From the NCBI GenBank assembly GCA_004022145.1, contig RCNU01000019.1: a stretch of DNA of 64,000 nt; one strand, 5' to 3'. Source of the stretch: Paecilomyces variotii. Its lineage: Eukaryota. This document shows, in pieces, positions 1 through 11,139 of this stretch (positions are counted from its first letter, which is position 1; the number at the start of each line of letters is the position of its first letter). The position numbers were made by a program, and so were the translations under genes. The notes beneath the pieces were generated by a model, which saw nothing but the letters and a program-made list of their open reading frames with translations, searched no databases and had not been told where the DNA came from.

Positions 1-307
1 GGAATGATGGACCGACATTTATGTTTACGAATGATGTTTACGAGGACCTCGAAGCACGAGATCAATGCTTCAGAGGCAATGCATAATAGAAGATATCTGT
101 CTCCTAATGAAACAATGCTTTTTGAGTGGCTCTCTACGATCATGATATTATGACGTTTGCGGCTCATCATAAGTACTGTACAACGTACCACCCGTTGCTC
201 CCTGCGGGGAAGCCTCAACCGTCCCTTTCTTATCTTCTTGAATTTCCCATCCTACCTTCATTATAATCCAAACTCCATACCGAGAAAAATATCTGCTATA
301 GCCTAGA

Positions 308-1051
308 ATGTTCAACTTCGCGAAAAGAACTCTATCATCCATCACGAGCCAGGATGGTGATGGTGACTTTCCAGATGCCGATTCCGCAGAACAAGAACAA
401 GAACAAGAAGACTCTCCCGAGACCCTGGAAGAAAAGCGGCGTCAGGAACTTCACCGGCGGATATTCGATCTTTGGAAAAAAGTCTGGCTGGGCCTCTACC
501 AGGTGCACGATAATAACGGACCATGGCACTGCGATCGTCTTCTTACTCTCTACGCTGGAGCTGGAATGTCCACCTCCATGGCAACAGAAAGTTCAAAGAA
601 CTACAGAAGGAGAGATCATGCCGCGTTAGGACTTCTAGGTGCCGCGCTGGGGCAACAACTTTGCGTTAACAATGACTTCGGGGGCGGGATTAGGAAGCTG
701 AGGCTCTATGACGGACTATCGCTGAGCACTCTGGAATCCGTCATTGAAATTCTCGAAGGGTATGAGCGCGAGATCGAACCGCTAGGCGAGGTGTATGCCG
801 TCCTGCGCAGGCTCCAAATTGGTCTCCGGGAGCCATCAAAAGCCGATGAAGATGCTGTCTTGAGAGATTATCCGCCTGTCGCAGACCCTATTGCTAGGCG
901 GCTCTTTCAGTATGATGTCAGACTTGGTGTGCTTGGTATGCAAATGTACGATGAGGTGACAGTCCTCCATGATGACCCGAAGTTACAGAGGGGTTGGCTC
1001 GTATGGGGTGAGGTGTTTCCGTGGAAGACGAAGATGGGTCCAACAGTGTAG
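308..1051 (+). CDS. Hypothetical protein (247 aa, acidic N-terminus)
   Basis: Single uninterrupted ATG-TAG ORF; no family recognised. Confidence 0.55.
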   Translation: MFNFAKRTLSSITSQDGDGDFPDADSAEQEQEQEDSPETLEEKRRQELHRRIFDLWKKVWLGLYQVHDNNGPWHCDRLLTLYAGAGMSTSMATESSKNYRRRDHAALGLLGAALGQQLCVNNDFGGGIRKLRLYDGLSLSTLESVIEILEGYEREIEPLGEVYAVLRRLQIGLREPSKADEDAVLRDYPPVADPIARRLFQYDVRLGVLGMQMYDEVTVLHDDPKLQRGWLVWGEVFPWKTKMGPTV

Positions 1052-2330
1052 ACGTCCTAGAGGGCGGTAGGTAGGATTATGTATGTACTAGTCAATTACA
1101 AGTACAAGCGGTGCCATCTATACGCGTCAATGGCTTCAATGATCTTTTCTTATTCTAGCCACCGTACTCTAGATGTATCAACACTTGCCAGACCCGGGGA
1201 GACTAAGCCGGAGAGTTCCCCTTTTTGGCCGGGTGTCTAATGGGTTATGGTAATAATACTTGATAGGAACTCTGATCATTGTCTCACAACGTTCAGCCCA
1301 AGAACCTTCTCGTTTCCAAGAAGAAGCTGTCATTGAACATACGGCTGGGGCATAGTCAAGGGGGCATATCCGTTCTACAGATATGGAGAGTATCTGAGGA
1401 CAAGGTTTTCGGTGAACTTCTAAATGTTTACTGGAACGTGTGGGAATATAAGACAACGGAAGCAAAGTTATTGGAGTGGTATTTTATCCGGGTGGAGTTA
1501 CATTGCTCGAAGAACTAGAGGGTACCAAAGTCTATCGACTACCTAGGTACCTATTTATGCCTACTCTATCCTGAATTACTGCTGCCTAGAGCACTGCCTC
1601 CACCACTCCTCTCGAGCCTTTCCCAATTATTCCGGCGCGTCTGCTTTGATCCTATATTGGTGGAAATGGGTGGCTTCAAGTTGTTTGTTCTATGCCCTTT
1701 ATACAGGGTAGTAGTGGCGTTTGGCAGCTCGCCTCCTTTGAAGCCGTGAGAGCTGACAGAAGGTCTCGGTACTTATAGTTGTATATGTTTGCGGATACAC
1801 GGCATAACATTCATTTGCACTTGTGCACTTACTAGTTAATCTGTAGATAACATTGTCAACAATAAATGCAGCATAAGTCCAGGTTGTTTTACATTTTTCT
1901 AGGTTACTAAGCTAAGCTAGGCCTAAACAAAAAGGAGATGCACTGCCCCAAACGCTGGTTGTCAACAATAAGTTGAAAGCGGTATATAGTGAATTAGAAT
2001 GTTGCAACATTTATAGCAGTTAATCATATATAGCATTGTTAACCAATGTCCAGACCTCTAGGAATCCCTTCAGCATATCTTATTTCGGCCCCCAATAGTA
2101 GATGGTAGAAGACAGAGTGTTCATTAGTATCAAGGCATCCCACTTTGCTCGGCTCGGCAACAACGGACACCCGATGCATAAGTAAGTATAAAGAGTCTCA
2201 TAATGTCTTCTTGCGGGGGTGTATTATAAATCGAATCCTTTCAGCATCAGTTCACGATCATTTCTCTCCTCTTGCGTAGTGTTGACAAGAAATACTCTGG
2301 TGATAATTCTTGGGGACTGTGATCGCTGAA

Positions 2331-3532
2331 ATGGCTTCGAAAGAAACTGTTTTGCTTCTCGGAGCAACGGGCGCAACGGGTGGTTCTATCCTAGAAGGTC
2401 TTCTGGAAGCAAACACATTCGTACGTCCCCACCGATGTACAAAAATTGGCCACACCTGCTAATGGATAATAGAATGTCGAGATCTTGGTCAGGCCAAGCT
2501 CCGTAGAAAAGCCTGCAGTGAAGGATATCACCGCTCGGGGCGTCAAGCTACGCGTAGCGGAATTGAGTGCCCCAGAGGATGAACTGGTCAAAAGTCTCTC
2601 CGGAGTCGACATCCTGATCAGTGCGATAGGACCGCACGATCTCCTGCAGCAGAAAACGTTGGTCAAGGCAGCAAAGGAAGCGAATATCAAGCGCTTTGTG
2701 CCGTGCGCGTGGATTACTATTTGCCCTCCAAAAGGGGTGATGGTGTTGCGTGATGAGGTATGGGTTCCTTCCCGTCCTCTATATTCACGCAAGTTCTTCA
2801 TTCAAGAGACGACGTGACTGCGATCTGGAGCTTTTATAAGCTGACTAGGTCGCGTTTGCAAAATAGAAAGAAGAAATTTACAATGAGATCAAGAGACTGG
2901 CCGTTGGCCACACCATAATTGATGTCGGATTCTGGCATCAGATCTCGTTTCCTCGCGTACCATCAGGACGTGTTGACTACGCGACAGTGATACCAGACAA
3001 TAATATTCATGCGGGTGGAAACGCTCCGAATATCCTTACCGATCTTCGCGATATTGGACGTTTTGTCGCGCGTATCATCGCTGATGAGAGGACCTTGAAC
3101 AAGTACGTTTATACCTGGGGTGACGTCCTGACTGAGAACGAGATCTTCTCTATCGTCGAGGAGCTCTCCGGCGAGAAGATCGACAGAAACTATGTATGTT
3201 GTTTCTTCTTTTCCCCGACACGATCTACGAAAGGGTCGAATAGAAGCTTATGCTATATTGCGCAGGTGTCCGCCGAGACAATTGAGAAACAAGTGCAAGA
3301 AACGGTCGCAGCGCTTTCTGAAAATCCCGAGGATCCCGCAAAGCGCATCCCAGTTTACATTTCACAATACAAATACAGCAAGTATGTCCGGCAAGATAAC
3401 AGTCCCTGGTACGCTAAATTCCTTGGTTACCTGGACGCAAGGGAGCTGTATCCCGATCTCAAGCCAATATCGTTCCGGGAGTGCTTTCAAGAGGCTCTCG
3501 ATGGGAAGGGAAAGAATCCTTATGCAGCGTAA
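2331..3532 (+). CDS. NmrA/isoflavone-reductase-like oxidoreductase, 3 introns
   Basis: MASKETVLLLGATGATG Rossmann start; VDILISAIG, IKRFVP and DLRDIGRFVARII motifs; GT-AG introns join ORFs 2485 and 2987. Confidence 0.9.
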
Positions 3533-3952
3533 AGGAGCAAAGTTTGTCAAGATGGATTTCACAGAATGCGATCCTTGGATCTCACTCTCTAGCCATACTC
3601 AACTCTTAACGAGAGAGAAGTTAGGCTCTGAAACATCCAGACACGTTAAAAGCCCGCCTGGATTCTTGTCTCAAGCAACTAGCTCGTTACTCAGCTGGAA
3701 CAGTTTAATATGGCTGTTTGCTTCCCAACTGTCATGATCTAACAATTAATGTTCGTCATCAGAAAATCATACTAGATGCCACCATGCACTGGTATCCCCT
3801 CTACCTCAAATCAACTCCTCATCCCCTATACATGCACCGCCAGCCAGTTCCCCTCTACAACACCAACCCCATGCCCCCGTTCAATACAGACAACTTAATC
3901 ACTCGCAACCTCCCCACAAACCATAGAATGCCAACCCTTCTCAGAAGGGCCA

Positions 3953-4711
3953 TCAGACTTTCACAATCTTGCCGCTCTCCACTTCATAGATGTATCCAGT
4001 AATGGGCACATCCAGAATGAGCGGATTCTGCTTAATCAACTCAATATCATCCAGCACACTCTGTTTGATATCAGAGAATGGGAGAAACGCGATATGATCG
4101 GCATTCTGGTGCAGTTCACTGCGGATCTTGTTCCGAATATCAGTGTCCGAAAAAGTGAGCATTCCGCAGTCGGTCTATATGTAAGTAGTTAGAACTAGGT
4201 CGTCACGTATTATATGGTAAGGGAAAGGATCGAGGTAAAGGGACATACGTGATGGACGATAACGATTTCTCGGGTTCCAAGGAGCTGTTGAGAGATGACG
4301 AGGCTCCGGACTGCGTCTGCAACGCGCCCGCCAGCGTTCCGAATAACATGCGCGTCACCTTCTTCGAGGCCGAGGGCGCGAGCAGGGTCTGGATAGAAAT
4401 AATTTAGTTATTGTTTTCCCGTTGTGATGTAGAATATAGTTTCCAATGATGCGATTGTTTCGAAGGACGGTTTTTTTCGCATAGTAAGTTGAGGACTACG
4501 GTCTACTTACCCAGTCTAGCATCCATACAAGCCAGAACGGCTACCTTACTATTGATTAAGAATCAGCATTTTGAAATAGGAATTGAAGAAAAAGAAAGGG
4601 CGGGATAACTATGGGAGGTCCATACCGAGCCGGGGGAAGCGGCAAACTACCCTTCGTGAAAGAAGATGCATACTTCTCATTTGCAGCCTCGAATTCCTTC
4701 GCGACGGACAT
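3953..4711 (-). CDS. Small beta-carbonic anhydrase (clade D-like), multi-exon
   Basis: Spliced translation gives CMDARL, IRNAGG and HHTDCGM (CxDxR and HxxC Zn ligands) and ends [14 protein letters not shown]. Confidence 0.9.
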
Positions 4712-5324
4712 ACTGGGCGGTGATAGATACAACCGTAGGGAGGAGGAGTTTCAGTATACCAAAATGCGGTGCAGCTTATTATAGGATTTCGATATACACT
4801 GGTTTCTGGACTCGGATAAACTGGGATGGTATATTTGAATCCAAGAATTGCATGGATAAGAAAGATAAAGCAGGATACCCTTTTGAGAAAGGAAGAAATA
4901 ATATATGTTCCGTCAAAAGTAGCCTTTCTATCACCTGCGGGGCTGGTTGGGCGCGGGGATCGGTTTGCGTGATCTTTGCTCGGGATTGTTCTATTGTCTT
5001 ATGTGGAAACATTGGATGGACGGCGTATGCGGCCGGGGATTGCCTTGGGAATACGGCAAGTTTTACGTGACGCCCGATATCCATATCTGCTAATTAGTTT
5101 TTACTGGTTTCCTTTGGACCGGAGGAAGAAGGAGACAATTCGGCAGAAACACCTCGAAGATGAAGTACACAAGGACGTAGGGTAAGATAAGAGATGCGGG
5201 TTGACGGCTATTTGAGCTGCCCTGAAATAGAAATACATTATAAGCTATGAATTTCCTTGTTTATCTCTAGGTTAAATATCAAACATCCGCATGTAAAACG
5301 CCCGTAGAATGAATGCCCCGTGTA

Positions 5325-7092
5325 TCAAAGCACCGGAGTCAAATGGACCTTCAGTGGCGGCTTTTGCCACATGAGGAAATTCTTCTGCTGGATCCAGTTG
5401 CAAGAATGATCGGAAAGTCTGATGTCAAAATTAAAAACGATAAGTGCCAGAATAAGGCGCATTTCGCTGTAGGCAAGACTATGACAGAGTTAGGAAGCTC
5501 CTGTTCCAATTGGTATAGACTGTTGCTTACTTGCGCCCTAGACAGTTCCTTGGCCCCACGTGAAATGGTTGTAATGCGTCGAGTCGGTCATTTACGAAGC
5601 GAGAATCACCGAGAAATCGTTCAGGGTGGTAATTGTTTGGGTCCGTAAAATAATCTGCACGGCGATAGAGGGCCCATTGGTGGATTGAAACGTAAGTCTA
5701 TATATAGGTGTCCTTGTTAGCACAATTTCAATGCATATTACGCTGTAAGTGACCTGGCTGGAGATATACATTCTCGGGAATATATTGCCCCAATACCTTG
5801 GCTCCCCCTTTCGGACACATTCGAGGCAGACCGTTGGCTACGGGGGGATACATGCGTAGCGCCTCCTCAAGACATGCTAGCATGTATGGTAGTCGATTCA
5901 CTGAGATGAGATCAATCTCCTCTGCACTGTGAAATACTGTGCGAACTTCGTGTGCCAGCTTTTTGTAAATATCAGGGTTCTTTAAGAGCAGGTATGTCAC
6001 TCCGCTCAGCAAGGTAGCAGTTGTCTCAGAACCTCCAATAATGAGAATTTCAGCATTCGCAATCAACTTCCCAACACTTAAGTTCTATCAAAAATTGATT
6101 AGAGTGCAGAAGAAAGTGATCCTTGTCACGACTTACTAGTTCATCCTTCCTTCTTATGAGCCCTTCGATCAGATCTGCTCGTCCTTCGCTGTTAGAAATG
6201 CGCCGGAGTATTTTTGCCTTGCTGAACTCCTTGTGCTTTTGATGCTCTTCTTGCATTGATTTCGGGACCAAGGATAATAGAGCTCTTTTCAACCATGGAT
6301 AGAAGGACAAAGCTTGCAATATTGTCCCTAAACGTCCGGATTGGAAAATGCCTTGTATCCATCCATCATAATCCGAGCTTTTCAAACACCCAAAGGGCTC
6401 ACCGAACGCCAAGTCGCCGATAATGTCAAATGTTGTATAGTTATACCAATCAGAAATAACAACTGGTTCCTTATCTCTGGAAAGCTCATGGAGCTTCTGC
6501 AGTAGGAAATCGACGTATCCGCGAATCAGAGGCTCTTGATCTCTCATCGACCTTTCTGAGAACCCATGTGCGAGTTGTCGCCGCAGTTGACGATGCTCAT
6601 GCTGTGGTGCATTGACAACGTGCAGAGGTTCACCTTCTAATGGTTGATAAAACCATCTTGCCTTTTGCATTTCAAGCTCTTCCTTCTTGTGCCCCATGAT
6701 ATCTTTCCATGCGTCGGGATGAGAAAAGGCAAGTTCATCTGGAGCGATACGGACGATGTTTCCATAATGCGCGTGCATGTCTAGCATGTCGAATGGAAGG
6801 GTGCCTTTTGTTGCTTTGTATAAGTATGGCATCCGAGATATGGCATGGGACAGAGGGCCAGGGAAGCGGCTCAATGGATGGAGGAACACATTGTAAATTG
6901 CTTTGCTAACAAGGTACAGGAGAACCTATCGCTGTCAGGAAATGGAGAAGAGTCAGAAATAGACTGTTGGTGACTGACTGTCAAAATGCCGGCAGTAAGT
7001 GCACTTCCTGCATCCAAAAAGATAGGTGCTGTACGTAGCATTGTTCGGCCTTTATTATATGAAGAAAATAAATCACCATGGAAAGTGGACAT
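5325..7092 (-). CDS. Cytochrome P450, CYP65/Tri11-like
   Basis: HPLSRFPGP, IGGSETT I-helix, EEALR (ExxR) and FHVGPRNCLG heme motif (~5535-5570); start ATG could be 7041 instead. Confidence 0.92.
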
Positions 7093-7322
7093 CGTCGCGT
7101 ACTGAGAGCGTTTCCTAACGGACTTGACTAGCACTCGGTTGATGGGTAAAGTAGGTCCAATGTCCACAGGAAATAATTTATCTCTGAGCGTACCGACAAG
7201 AAGAAATAAATGCACTCCATTCTTTTATCTTTAATAGTGTCAGATTCCACTTAGACTACCGGGCATCGTCATCACACTATTAGACCAATATCGATTGGCT
7301 GGCAGAGATAAGTACTGACAGT

Positions 7323-7360
7323 CCGAAGACGAACACGAAGCCGAACACGAATACGAACTA
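7323..7360. repeat. Imperfect 6-bp tandem repeat (CGAAnn)x6 in the P450/RTA1 divergent intergenic region
   Basis: ccgaagacgaacacgaagccgaacacgaatacgaacta. Confidence 0.6.
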
Positions 7361-7767
7361 AGAGCATGCATAGCTGGAAATAATAGCTCGACCACGGCGA
7401 TCTTAACAAGAAGAAGGCTGAAACTCGCTTGGCAACGAGTCTTACCTCCTCCAATGGGCCAAGTAGTCTCTGAAATAGGTATAAAATGCAGTTAAGGTTA
7501 TTATTAGAGTCCATTGGAAGCAAATGGCGAGCGTGATCAATCAGCCACTTTTCCCACTAATGCGAAAATTAACAGCTCTAAACTCGAGGATGTTATTGTT
7601 TCATATGGCCTCTGCAATACGCTGCTGCCTTCTGTGAAACCGGTCCTTATCGAGCTGTCGTTCTTTATATTCTCAATCATACCTAAATGGCCTACCGAAT
7701 TAGTAAAAAAAATTGTTTCTCTCTCTAGTTCCTTTCCGCCTTTAAAACCATCTTACTTTATATCATC

Positions 7768-8646
7768 ATGGTCTCTCAGCAATGCAGCCTCTATTACTAC
7801 ACTCCTAGTATTCCTCTAGCCGTGGTAGCAATCATTCTGTTTTCTGCATTGACGGCCCTTCATATACTTCGCATGGCGCAGGCCCGGGTATGGACCGGAG
7901 TTTTCTTTGTCATCGGCGGTTTAGGTGAGTGGCATCGATAACCGTCAGATTAGGTATATGGATCTTTCTCACATATTAAAGTCCAATTATCTGGTTATAC
8001 AGCCCGCCTGTTTTCCTCCCAGGATGTGTGCAATCGAGCAACCTACACTGTGCAATCAGTCCTTTTACTTCTGGGGCCGACCCTGCTCATGTTTTCTGTG
8101 AACCTCACGCAAACTATGTTTGCACAGGCAGTTGACGGGGCATCTTTCTGCTGGTTGCCAATCAAGTACCAAAGGATTACCTATCTCATCGTCAACACGA
8201 TCTTAATGATCATCCAGATCATAGGAGGAGTCATGAGCGTCGCGCAAGGGCCTGTTAGCGTTGTCGCAACGGGAGCAAAAATTTCAATTGCTATGTTTAT
8301 TACCCAGCTTCTCTTCTGGGGCTTTACGTTTGCGGAGAATATCTACATGACATCTCGACTAGGTCGCCATCCCTCAGAAGCCAGTCGAGAGCGAATTCCG
8401 AAGTGGAAATACTGGAATCAACTTTTTGGTCTATCGATATCCATTATTGCCTTTGGACGTAATGTGATGCGATTGACAATGGATGGGGGTGTGGAATTTC
8501 TCAGTGTGAACGAGTGGCCTTCTTACGCATTTGACGGGTATCAAATGGTTGTCGTCATGGGAGCTTGGGCGATATGGTACCTGCCGGGAAAAAGTAAAGA
8601 AGTTATTCGCAAGGGAACTTATATTGAGCTAAATGGGAGGGTTTGA
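7768..8646 (+). CDS. RTA1-like 7TM membrane protein, 1 intron
   Basis: LYYYTPSIPLAVVAIILF start; GYTAR, LLLLGPTLL and EWPSYAFDG RTA1-type motifs. Confidence 0.85.
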
Positions 8647-9291
8647 GGTTACGATGTACGATGAATAGACAACATGTAGGTTAAATGACCCGTACCAATG
8701 CCGGAATGCAGGAGATAAGAAGCGGATTATTTCAGAGGTAGCAATAATTATTACGATGATCCTTACCTGCTATTACTTGTGAGAGTGGCACAATTGCGGA
8801 CCTAACGTCAGCACAAAAACGCGGCCGAGTGATGGCAGTCTGGTCATTAGACCAGTTGCAGGTGGGTTTCTGGTCGAATCGTGTTCGTGGCGATGGAGCG
8901 ATAAGGATCATTCGAAGCCGTATTTTGCTACGAGATAACCATATTCCGTCTTCATTATGGTAGAGCTGCAGTGGTCATATTTTTCTTCGTCGTCCCTGAG
9001 ATGTACCGCCCAATACTTGGTCCTTGAACGCAAGGCAGTTCGCATGCGAAAACCCATGGGAGATATGGCATATTGATCGCGCCTGGATTCTGTCATCTCA
9101 CCGAAGCAACTCTTTCTGAGAAGTCTATTCTTGTCTTATTCGAGATTTCTTGGCTCAAAGTTTCGAACCTGTTACGCGATTCGTTTGTAGTTATTGGTCG
9201 CTGTATATCTCATTTTTATCCTTATTACCGAAAAGAAAAGGCAGACAGGTAAGTGCGCAAAGAAAGGAAGTCACAGCCTTTCTGTATGAAA

Positions 9292-10581
9292 CTACATGCG
9301 AAAATCACCATCAGGAGACCAGGCAATCTGTTCTTGTGGCCACTGAAGCCAGCTCCGATACTCCTCGTCCAGAGCCGAATGCAACTCCTTCAGGAGTCGC
9401 CCACTGAGGCCTTCCATCCACCACATCCACTCAATCTGTCGGACAGATACGCAGAAATAAGCAAAAATAACAAGGGCAATGGGTTCCTCCTGTCGCAGCA
9501 GTTCCAGGTATTCAGATGAAACTTCAAGGAGCCAGGCGAAAACGTCAGCTGTCTCCAGCCGCCGTTCATCCCCTGGCTTCATGGCCACCGCTAGTGTCCG
9601 GCAGAGCCCATCTAAAGCTTCCTGGTAGATTTGGAGTAATGATTTGTCCGGAGAACATTTCGTGCAGACCATCTTCCTCAACTCCCATATGTACATCTGG
9701 CCCTGCTCTAGGGCGTGCGCCTGTCGACGACGAGCAGCTAAATTAGACCCATTTGCGAAGATTGGAGCCAAAACCCCTGTATGAAATTCGCTATCACCAT
9801 AATCAATGATTGCTTTGGTCCCCCTAAATAACCGAACCCACTGGGAGAGTTGGCCGTGTTCAAACAAAACGAGGAAATCGGTTCCCTCTGGTGGTCTGGC
9901 ACAAGCGAAAATACATGTCAAAGAGGCAAACAAGAACATCCCAGGACTATTCTCCGGTGCCAGAGAGGTTACAATTGGCACCATCGCATGGATGGCGGCG
10001 TTGTGATGCATCTGCGCGTGCGCGATACAGCTTGCTCGTTTAGACTGATCTGAGCGTGCCAGATGCAGTGCTGAAATGGCTAACAGCGTATGCAGCACAG
10101 CTGGCATGGTAAATGCGATGCGAGGAACCTGGTCTCTCCAGACGGCCTGTGCAGCTGGAGCTCGAGACAAAGTGTAGCAAGTTGCAGTCATATAGTGGTG
10201 TAAGAGCTCCAGGTCGAACACAGCAAGATCCGCCTGAAACGTTGCCAGAGAGCTCTGGCTGGACGTGGGTTGTAATGAGGTAGCCTCTGAGGCAGGGCTG
10301 GCGCATTCGGGTCCAGGCGCTGAAGCCGATGATCTCTGAGAATTGACTCCGTGCCCATGTTGAGTGTACGTTGATGCGCTCGCAAGAGAGCATGTCACAC
10401 CGTGGACTTTGCAATTGCGGCAAATTGGCTTGTCTTCATCGCACTAGAACAAAGCTGTCAATAATGGTACTATAGATTGGTCGCTCGTGCAACTAATTAC
10501 CTTGATCTTCCTCTTTTTGCATTGCAAACAGCCCGCCTTCGATTTCCGGTGCGACCGACGGCCGGTAACGAGTGAAGCCAT
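9292..10581 (-). CDS. Zn2Cys6 transcription factor, Upc2/Ecm22-like
   Basis: RRSHRKSKAGCLQCKKRKIK-intron-CDEDKPICRNC; DLELLHHY and LLAISALHLA motifs. Confidence 0.88.
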
Positions 10582-11139
10582 ATATGTACGGCAGGTTCCT
10601 GTTGTTATGATGTGGGACGTTCGAGACGATCAAATCTTTGGAGCTGCGCTGATAGTGTACTTAGTTAGCGTTTTAAGTAGAGGGGTGTTCGTGTCGCTAG
10701 CACCTTGCTCGGCACTGATGAATCTTGTTCCCGCCTGATGCCTCCGGGTATCTGGATTAAGTATCGCAAACCCTTCTACTAATACTTCTATCAAGTATCA
10801 CTTCTTTTCCTGTCTCTGGTGGTTAGCACAATCGTTTAATATCGCAATAAACCTAACACGGAAGTAATTAAAGAGGTAATATTCACTAGAGGACCGCCAA
10901 CAGTTTTAGCAATGCTTCCATGCCCCGAAACAGCAAAAAACAGCAATTAGACGCACAATTACGCTGTCTAGGTACTATCAGCTGCAGAGACTGCGCAGCT
11001 GCTGCAGGCAGACTAGCTTTCCCGCTCCACATTTTGCTACTCACGGTTTGCGCGTATTGCTGTGGTTCATCTGCAACGCGACAATTCCTTTTGCGGTTCA
11101 CTTACATGGCAACACTTTTGCATGGTTAAGCTCATAACC

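Noticed and set aside
388-410. (GAACAA)n microsatellite
   Set aside because: It simply encodes EQEQEQE inside the ORF
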